Below are positions 1-9,003 of a DNA stretch of 23,676 nt, piece after piece. Both the position numbers and the translations under genes were made by a program. The notes beneath the pieces are model-generated. The model did no database searches, was not told the DNA's origin, and was given only the letters and a program-made list of their open reading frames with translations. The stretch is taken from contig NW_005201613.1 in the NCBI RefSeq assembly GCF_000372725.1, positions 340,290 through 363,965 of the forward strand. Reading direction: 5' to 3'. The stretch is from Emiliania huxleyi CCMP1516 (taxonomy: Eukaryota). Numbering within the stretch: the stretch's first letter is position 1; each line of letters starts with the position of its first letter.

Positions 1-90
1 GTATTCGCCTCCCTCGTATTCACGCGGTGCTCCGAATACACGGCACGAGACGGTACTCCCGCCCTCATGTCGGCGTACGCACCCACGCAG

Positions 91-2259
91 GCTCACGGCG
101 CTGCGTGAGGCGATGCACGCAATCTTCCTGTACCACTGCATCCAGAACGGGATGGACTTTGGCATCGTCAACGCGGGCGCGATGCCCATCTACGAGGACA
201 TCCCGCAGCCGATGCGCCAGTACTGCGAGGAGGTGGTCCTCAACGAGTCGGCCGACGGCGGCCACGTCGAGCGGCTGCTCAAGTTTGCCGAGGAGGAGAA
301 GGAGCGCAAGGACGCGGGCGGCGGCAAGGTGGTGAAGAAGGACGCGGCCGAGTGGCGCAACAAGCCCATCAAGGAGCGCCTCGCCCCCGCCCCCGCCTCT
401 CCCCACCGCCACCTCTCTTCCCTGCCCTCCCTCCCCGCTGCCCTCGCCCGCCGCGGCCCTCACCGCCGCACGCCTCGCGCCCGCAGGAGCGGCTCACCTA
501 CTCGCTCGTCAAGGGGCTCTCCGAGTTCACGGACGAGGACGTGGAGGAGGCGCGCCAGCTCTTCGCCACGCCGCTCGAGCAACTACACGCGACGTTCCAA
601 GATTATAGAACTAGGATGCCTTCAGCATGAAACTTCGTTGTCGTTATTTAAGAGTATTAGTCGTACAAACAATGCATCCATCTTGTTATGTAAAGTAGTA
701 CGCTCCCCTTCCTCGAGGCGGAGAAGACGAAGCGCGCCGCGGAGCGCGCGGCGGCGGGGCTCGCCGAGGAGGAGGAGCAGTGCGGCAAGGGCACGGTCGT
801 CCTCGCCACCGTCAAGGGTGACGTTCACGACATCGGCAAGAACATCGTCGGCGTCGTGCTCGGCTGCAACAACTTCAAGGTGATCGACTGCGGCGTGATG
901 CAGCCGTGCTTCAACATCCTCGAGGCGTGCCGCGAGAACAAGGCGCAGATCCTCGGCCTCTCGGGCCTCATCACGCCCTCCCTCGACGAGATGGTCGCCG
1001 TCGCCAAGGAGATGGAGCGGCTGGGCATGAAGATCCCGCTGCTCATCGGCGGCGCCACCACGTCCAAGATGCACACGGCGGTCAAGGTGGCGCCCATGTA
1101 CTCGGGCGTCGCGATGCACGTGCTCGACGCGTCGCGCGCCGTCGGCGTCTGCTCCGCGCTGCTCAACCCCGACCAGCGCGAGGAGATGGTCGAGGACGTC
1201 AACGAGCAGTACGAGGAGCTGCGCGAGGACCACTACGCCTCGCTCGCCTCGCGCAAGTTCAAGACGCTGGAGGAGGCGCGCGAGCTGGGGCTCGGCGTCA
1301 AGTGGGGCAAGGACGCGACGCCGCCGACGCCGCAGCTGGTCGGCACCAAGGTGTACGAGGACTACCCCCTCGAGGAGCTGCTGCCGTACATCGACTGGAA
1401 CCCGTTCTTCCAGGTCTGGCAGCTGCGCGGCAAGTACCCCAACCGCGGCTACCCGAAGATCTTCAACGACGAGACGGTGGGCGAGGAGGCGAAGAAGCTG
1501 CACGCCGACGGCGAGGCGCTGATCGCCGACATCATCAAGAACAAGACGCTCAAGGCGCGCGCCGTCGTCGGCATCTGGCCGGCCAACGCGGTCGGCGACG
1601 ACATCGAGGTGTACGCGGCGGACGGCTCGGGCGCGGTGCGCGGCGTGCTGCACACGCTCCGGCAGCAGGAGGAGCGCGAGGACGACCACTACCTCGCGCT
1701 CTCCGACTTTGTCGCCACCAAGGAGTCGGGCGTCAAGGACTACGTCGGCGGCTTCGCCGTGTCGTGCGGCTTTGGGTGCGAGGAGGTCTGCTCCAAGCTG
1801 CGCGCCGAGGGCGACGACTACCAGGGCATCATGATGGAGGCGGTGGCGGACCGCCTCGCCGAGGCCTTTGCCGAGCTGCTGCACCACAAGATGCGCAAGG
1901 AGCTCTGGGGCTACGCGCCCGACGAGGCGCTCTCGGCCGACGACATGCTCAAGGTCAAGTACCAGGGCATCCGGCCGGCGCCCGGCTACCCGACGCAGCC
2001 CGACCACACCGAGAAGGCCTTCCTGTGGGAGCTGCTCGACGCGGAGAAGGCGACGGGCATCACGATGACCGACTCGTTTGCCATGCTGCCCGCCGCATCG
2101 GTCTCCGCCGTCATCTTTGCCAACCCGTGCTCCACCTACTTCCAGGTCGGCAAGGTCTGCAAGGACCAGATCACCGACTACGCCAGCCGCAAGGGGATGA
2201 GCATGGAGGAGGCGGAGCGGTGGATGGGCCCCTACCTCGCCTACGACCCCGCGGCGTGA
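91..2259 (+). CDS. METH: Cobalamin-dependent methionine synthase, 5'-partial (end of pterin-binding domain, cap, B12-binding and AdoMet activation domains). Exons 91-373 and 487-2259, interrupted at 580-702.
   Basis: Motifs LREAMHAIFLYH, GMDFGIVNAG, ATVKGDVHDIGKNIV (DxHxxG B12 ligand), GLSGLITPSLDEM, LLIGGATTS, ADRLAEAFAE and YQGIRPAPGYP. Acceptor CAG at 88-90, intron 374-486 (GA..AG), stop TGA at 2257-2259. Confidence 0.97.
580..702. other. AT-rich foreign segment replacing about 41 codons of METH
   Basis: 44 of the 120 bases in 581-700 are G/C (about 37%), inside a very GC-rich exon. Four in-frame stops (628, 649, 658, 691). The reading frame is the same before (..ATPLE) and after (LPFLEAEK..). 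Confidence 0.9.
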
Positions 2260-2448
2260 CCGCGTGAGCGTAGAGCGACCGCCGCGGTCGCTCCGCCGCG
2301 ATCGCCGCCGCTCGAGCGAATCCCTCTTAGCTGCTGCACACACTGCTAGACTTATGGCGCACACACCACCTGTACTGCCCCTGTACGAATGGAGTTATTG
2401 CTTTAAAATTTGTTAAAAAATTTTGCGAACTAAAAAAACACACACACG

Positions 2449-2492
2449 GCCCCCTCCGCAGCTCGACTCTCGAGTCGAGCTGCGGAGGGGGC
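2449..2492. repeat. Perfect 21-bp inverted repeat with 2-nt spacer, followed by T5
   Basis: GCCCCCTCCGCAGCTCGACTC-TC-GAGTCGAGCTGCGGAGGGGGC, then TTTTT at 2493-2497. Confidence 0.95.
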
Positions 2493-2987
2493 TTTTTCCG
2501 GCGCGATTAGCTACAGGAAGCGCCGCTACCTCATCTCCGCACTCGTCGAGAATCGCCTGCACGTTCCTGCCTGCCGCGGCGCCCGCCTCTGCCGACACCT
2601 CCCCCGTCACGCCAGAGAGGATAGCGGAGCCGGCCGCGTCGCCCGCCGCCTCTGCTGCCGCCGGCAATAGTCCAGCAGCGGTCGCTTTGTGCGCCGCCGC
2701 ATCTGCCGCCGCCGTCGCAGCAGAAGTCGTGAATTGAATCCGCTCGGCTTCCTCACCGCCGTAAAGGACGACAGCGGCGCCGCCGCCCAGCAGCGCCATT
2801 CCCCCGCGGTCACCCTCGCCGGTGCCCTCGCCGCCTCCGCCGCCACCTTCACCTCCCTCGCCGTCGCCCTCGCCCGTACCGTCGCGCAGCAGGACGCGCC
2901 GCCTCACCTCCAAGTCGAGCGTGTACCGCGAAGCTTCCCGCGCCAGCTCCAAGGTCCGCTGGAACTCCATTTCGACCACGTCGCCCT

Positions 2988-3548
2988 GACGCCGCGAGCG
3001 CGCTGCACTACCTGCACACGCTCTCTCCGATGATCCTGCACCGCGACGTCTCGGCGGGCAACATCCTGCTCGACGAGCGCGGCAACGGCTACCTCGCCGA
3101 CGTGGGCCTCGCGCGCGCGGCAGAGGCGACGGCCGGCGGCAACCAGCAGGTCTCGCACTTGTCGACGCAGCGCCTGTTCGGCAAGCTATACATGGACCCA
3201 ATCATCTCGCAGAGCGGGCAGGCGTCAGTGCTGACCGACGGCTATGCGCTCGGCATCACGCTGGTCGTCGCCCTGACCGGCCGCGGCGCCGTCGGCTTGC
3301 TCGACGAGTGCGATGATGCGCTTGAGGAGCCCGACACGGCGGAAGGATCGATCGCGGCGGCCGACGCGGGCTGGTCGGCGGCGCAGGCCGAGGAGTTGGC
3401 GCGGCTGGTGGTCGGGCTGGCTCTCGTGAGGAAGAAGAGGCGGATGCCGCTCGCAGAGGCGCTGCCGCGGCTGGAGGCGCTAGTCGAAGCGGCGGGGGAG
3501 GTGGAGGAGACGGCTAGGGCCGAGGAGCGCCTGTGTGACGTCTGCTAA
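2988..3548 (+). pseudogene. Pelle/IRAK/RLK-like protein kinase C-lobe fragment ending in the first CxxC of a RING finger
   Basis: Reads DAASALHYLHT..ILHRDVSAGNILLD..ADVGLAR..GKLYMDP..DGYALGI. No N-lobe upstream, the subdomain VIII segment looks one residue short, and the frame ends RLCDVC-stop. Confidence 0.85.
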
Positions 3549-3594
3549 GGCCGATTACTCCGCGAGGGCGTGCTCCGCCGTTGCAATCGCCGCC

Positions 3595-3595
<1 letters not shown>

Positions 3596-3632
<37 letters not shown>
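3596..3632. repeat. (GT)n microsatellite
   Basis: Uninterrupted GT dinucleotide run. Confidence 0.97.
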
Positions 3633-3633
<1 letters not shown>

Positions 3634-3863
3634 CTACAATATGAGTATTATAACTGGTTGTTTAGGGGGAGGGGCGTGATAAAGAAGTTTGTATCGGGAG
3701 CAGACAGTCCCGGGTTTTTTATCTGGCGATGCCGTCGCCGTTCACACCTCGCCCTTCACACAAAAACACAACCACGGACCCAAGACGCCCTTCACACCTC
3801 CTCCCCCGCCGCCGTCGACGAAACCGATCCTCTGTGGCCCAAATTGCATCTCTGTGTCCCAAC

Positions 3864-5236
3864 ATGATCGCAGCGCTGACCACGGGCTCGTCGGCTGCGT
3901 ACGTCCTGCCAGCACGTGCGTCCATGACACCCTCGCGCGCGGCTGTCTCCATGGAGGCACCCGTGTACTCGACGGCGACCGGCCTCGAGGTCGCCTCGTG
4001 CCAGACCGAGTTTGTGAAGGAGCGGCTCTCGGTGCGCATCCCGCCACAATTGCGCGATCTGCGCAATTTCCTGACACCATTTGCTCCCACAGGGCATGTC
4101 GCGCGGCATGGTCAACCACATCTTCGAGGAGGTCGACCGCGACGGCAACGGCGAGATCGACTACGAGGAGCTCGACATGCTCGCGCCGTACTTCTCCTCG
4201 GTGGCTTGGACGCCCGAGGTGAAGGCCGCGATGTTCACCGAGATGGACAAGGACGCGGGCGGATCGGTGTGCGCCGACGAGTTCTACGAGTGGATGATTG
4301 AGAGCGCGCAGCTCGAGGTGTCGGCGGAGGGCGTCACGAAGATGCGCCAGCGCGAGGAGCGGTTGAAGATCTCCACCGGCGACGTGCCGGCGCACCTGAT
4401 GGAGATCATCGAGGAGTCGGGCGCGAAGACGATCGAGCAGAAGGTGACGCACGCGCTCCACTCGGGCTTCGACCGCACGATCGCCGACCACTTCATCTCG
4501 TGCTACCTCCTCCTGAAGGAGTGGGGATGCCAGGAAGACGTCTGCGTCGCGGGCCTCCTCCACGCGTCGTACCGCCGCGGCGACGGCCTCCAGGCGGTGA
4601 AGCCGGCGGAGATGCGGCCGGTGTGGCAGGAGAAGCTCGGCGCCGGCGCCGAGGAGCTCATCTACCTCTTCCCCTCGGCGCACAAGACGGCGTACGCGTC
4701 GGACGGGCTGCTCCACGCGCCGCTCGGCTCGACGATCTCCTTCCCCGACCTCCTCGACGACGGGAAGACGATCACGATCGACGACGCGCAGCGCGCGGCG
4801 CTCGCCGAGCTCGAGGTCGTCAACAGGTGCAGGCCGGCCACCGCCCGCGCCACCGCCGCCGCCTTCTCACCGCCCGTGCGCGCGCGAACGCAGCCACGAC
4901 CAAAACTTCCTCTGCAACGACGACCCGGTGCAGAACCTGTGGCAGTTCTATCAGCACGTGACGATCATGCCGCTGCTCTCGGCGGGCGCGGCGGCGACGA
5001 TCAAGACCTTCCAGCAACGGGCCTTCTGCGCGGGCGTGGACTGCTCCGACATCGTCAAGTGGCACGAGGGGCGCTTCGGCGAGGCGGGGCCCGACGCCAA
5101 GTGGCAGAAGCACATCGAGATGTTCAAGCCGGGCGGCCGGTACTACGACATCGAGAAGATTTTGCTGTCGTTCGTCGACGAGGACGGCTACACGGGCGAC
5201 GGGTGCGACGCGTTGCCGTCCTACGAGAAGAAGTAG
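3864..5236 (+). CDS. EF-hand pair + DUF6817 (HD-like) domain protein with probable plastid-targeting leader. Exons 3864-4031, 4093-4826, 4894-5236.
   Basis: GT-AG introns 4032-4092 and 4827-4893 restore one frame. EF loops DRDGNGEIDYEE and DKDAGGSVCADE. DUF6817-like HSG..IADHF..Y.LLKEWG....VCVAGLLHASY and LAELEVVNSHDQ. Ala/Ser-rich leader ending RAAVSM. Confidence 0.85.
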
Positions 5237-8200
5237 GGGTGCGTCTCGCATCACGGGTGGGAGTGGGCAGGGAGGCGTCGGCGACATGTTACGGCGGAAT
5301 AGCGAATACGGCGGAGTGGGCAGGGCCAGCATGTGGTGACGCCTCTAGGGATGCTCAACCGCCCCACGCCACGCCGCTTGCGGCGGTCCTTGGTGTCTGC
5401 TGTCTGGGGAGTGATCTGTCGGCGGTCAGTACGACCGATCAGGTTGGAGTTTTCTGATGGTTGGAGGGTCTATCTGTGTGTACTCCTCGAGATCTCTCCA
5501 AATCTGCCCTCTAACCAACCGTAACCATTCGGTAAGTTGGTCCTAGCTGAGACTAGCGGAGCCGGAGCCCCGTTTCCGCACTGCTGCGCGGCGCACGGTG
5601 CCTCCGGGGGGCCCCGCGCCGGCCCAGAGAGTGAGGGCCGGCACGCGGGCTCCGCCGACGCTCTCGCAACGCGGGTCGCGCCGCGCGCCTCCCGGACGAA
5701 GCGTGTTGGTGCGCGACGGCGATCCTCGCCTGCGGGGAGCGGAGCACACGCGTCGGATGGCGAGGGCAGCACAAATATTGCACTCATGTCCCAGTATGGC
5801 AGCAGCCGGACGGGTTGGGTGGCGTGAGGGCAGGGTGGTGAGGATGATCCACAGATCTCGCTGAAAATGGCCGTGTCCTTCCCGGGGGAGGCAGGCGAGC
5901 ACGCACCTCGCGTCCGAGCGCGAGTCGACGAGTGGTCGCCGAGAGATCGCCGAACCACGTTTCGAGTGCGCGCGCACACAGCACAGCTGCGGGTTGTAAC
6001 TCGACTGCCGATCGCGCGTGCGGGATGTAAATGCAGCTCGCTGGCGCCAGTGCACGGTGGCAGGGACTGGAGGCTCGGCCGAAGGGGAAGAGCAGTCCTC
6101 AATCGTCACGTGGAGGTCGCTGGGCTGGATCCATCGAACTGCCACACACCTGGAGCGGAGGCACATCAGGTCTTGCGGCACGCTCTCCGACAGATGCATG
6201 CCTTTTGAGCAAGCCCACGCGCCTCCACCGTCGCGTAGTATGCCAGCGGCACGCCGGTACGCCGACGAGTCGTGCGCGCTCGGCAGTAATCGGCGTTGAG
6301 ACTGCCTAGCGCGCACATCGAGAGCGGCGAGTTGTGTTGCCGCGAGGAATCCTGCTCGAAGATGGGGTCCGAGCGGCGCCTGATCGCATGGGATGGATCA
6401 GTGGGGCTATCACGTGGGTACTAGGCCTGCTCAGTCAGGAGTTGGCGAGTGTGTGGGAGATTCACGCCCGTCGCTCAACGTCTGTTGAAAAACTGTTCGC
6501 TGAGCAAGCTCACGGTCGAGCGGGCTTGACGCGCGCTTCAGGATAGCAAGAGGCGTGCCCACTCCCCTGAGGAGCGTGCGGGCACGCCTGGGAATCGATG
6601 TGGAGCGACCATGGACTGGGATGACAGCCGGCGAAGCGCTGCCAAAGCGTCCGATTCGGCGCTGCAGCTTCACGGCGGAGGCTGTGAAGTCGCGGCATCG
6701 AGTTCAACCTGAGCGCACGCACGCACCGTGCTGGGGAGGAGTTGGCCTGCGAGCGGCGAGCGCTCCCGAGCGCGCGGCGCCCCGTTCTGGCCATCTTGCG
6801 CTTTACCACCACAAAATCGCCTCCATTTTGCGCGCCTCCGGTGTGGCAGGTCTAGCCGGGCCCGATTCGTGGTACTTTTGATGTTTGCGCGCCGGATCTC
6901 GACTCCGCCGTACTGCGGTGCGTCCCAAAGCAAAACTTGTGGCAGAGGGGCCAGATTGGCCGATTTATAACGACGAGACAGCGTCTGAAGGCTATTTTGC
7001 CGCGACACCGATACGCGGTTGAGGGCCCGCGGTTGTGGCTAGTGGAGGGTGCTGTACAATCCGAGGGCGTTCCCATGGCCTCACGGGCCCGGTCGACGAT
7101 CGTGGCTCAAAAAATCAAAAAGTACCATCCGTGGGGGCGAGATTTTTAACTGTCTAGCTCGATTTTGACCCAGGACTAGACAGAACGGCCCCAAATCGGC
7201 CCGGAACCGACCCGTGGGCCCGTCTGCCGCACCCAGCTCCGCCGGGAGGGGCGCGCGCCGTTCCCCGCGGCTCGGGCGGGCCACGCAGACGCGGCGGGAG
7301 AGCTTCCCGTGCCCTGTGAGAGCCGCCACACCGCCTCAAATAGGTCCCAAAGTGGGGTTTGCCTCAGGTGTTGTCACTTGAGCCTCTATGATTCGTAGAC
7401 CATCTGCGCAGCGCCTCGGAGAGGCGCGCAGGAGGCGCGCTTTGTACTCGGGTTTGGATGGTAGCGGGGGGCCCCGCCGGAGGCTGGTTACTGATCATCT
7501 GTCTCGCGTCCACCCATACCGCGTTGGTGTCCAGTCCGAGCCTGGCTGTTCTTCACCTTCCTACGGGGTGTGGACCCTGAGTTGGACAGGGGTTGTGCGC
7601 TGGGCCCTCCTGCTCGGCTCCAGCCAGTAGACAAGTCTTGTCATCAACAGAGTAGAAGGATCTGACCTCGATGTGACCAAGCGCTGGTAGCGTGGTTTAA
7701 CCTCACACCCACGGTCTCACAGTGTGCCGGCAGTCGTCGAGCAGTGTCGCTCACACAAGCCGCAGCACAAGTGACTGAGGGCCAGTGAGGGCGAGCCCAT
7801 CGCTGTCACAGCTGTGGCAGCCGCACAGTAGGCTGTGCCAACTGTGCAGAGCGTGTGAGCAGCAGAGGAGCTGCTCTCCAAGCTTCAGGCGCAAAGAGAT
7901 GCGTGCCACCGAAAGCGCTGTCGAGGTTCGCCGAGCGCGGCGAAATCCGGGGACGCCGTCACCGACGAGCGCGTTGGACTTTTCACTCCGGACAAAGACG
8001 GGGACACGGCGGACGGTGCGGGGTGTGTCCCCGTCATAGCGGCGAGGCGCGGGACCGTCTGTGGCGAGGTGGGTCGCGTCCCCGGATTTTGTTCACGGGC
8101 CACACCCTTCACATGTACATGTTTTAGGTGTATTGTTGGCAAAACATGTACTCTAACCTACGGCTTTAACCTAGAACGGACAAGGGGGGCGGGCGTCGTC

Positions 8201-9003
8201 GTCCCTCGCAACCAGCTAGGGCCTGTGGGCCCTGGGGGCCCTGGGGGATCCCGCGTGACGTGTTTGACAGAATTTGACTTAATGGATTATGCAAATTAAA
8301 ACAGACGCCCACTGAGGAGCCTCCTGGCCCGACGGCAGGCCGAACATGTGGGACATCACTTACGGGTCCTCACACCTCAGTCTCTGATCTATCTCTCCCC
8401 CCCTCCGCTACCGCTAGGCGCATAAGGCGCAGACGCGCCACTCTCTGATCGGCGCGCTCTCTTTCTGGTGGGCGGGCGCGAGGCGCATGCCTCGTCACCC
8501 TCCCCCGCTACCCAGCCTCTCTCTACCCTACTCTCTCTACCCAGCCTCTCTCGACATGAGCTCCACCTACTCCGCCTCTGCCCTCGCAACATGACCTACC
8601 CCGCTCTCTCTGCCATCGCAACATGGGCTTGCCTACCCCGCCTCTGCCCTCTCGACATTGCCTCGCCGCTTGTGCAAAGTGCGCGCGCCTCGGCAGGCAG
8701 CGTGCCGAGGCAGCGCAGTCTGCGGGAGCGCCTCGATGCCGCGCCGTCTCGGCGCGCCCCCCCGCGGCGCATGTCGAACCCTCGAGGATGCTCCGCGGGC
8801 GTGCGCCGCCTCCTCAGGCGCTGCCATACGCGCCCATCTCGTACCGCGGCAGCTTGTGCCGCTCCGACCGGTCGTGCCCTCCCCGCTCGCCCCACCCCTC
8901 GCCCGCCCGCTCGCCCTCCGATCCGCGCCGGTCGCCGCGCGCGCCGTAGGCGGAGCGGCCGCGGCTGGCGCTGTCGCGGTGCCGGCTGTCACGCGGCCGG
9001 CTG

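Noticed and set aside
580..702. Cobalamin riboswitch, snoRNA or true intron inside METH
   Set aside because: No B12-box, C/D or clear H/ACA motifs seen. Splicing it out would not restore the missing conserved residues.
622..2364. 580-aa minus-strand ORF and 453-aa alternative-frame ORF over METH
   Set aside because: Shadow ORFs caused by strong GC3 codon bias, with no recognisable motifs.
5470..7150. Several 100-257 aa ORFs as a possible transposase or retroelement gene
   Set aside because: No RT, integrase, DDE, tyrosine recombinase or Rep/helicase motif recognisable. ORFs of this length are expected at this GC content.
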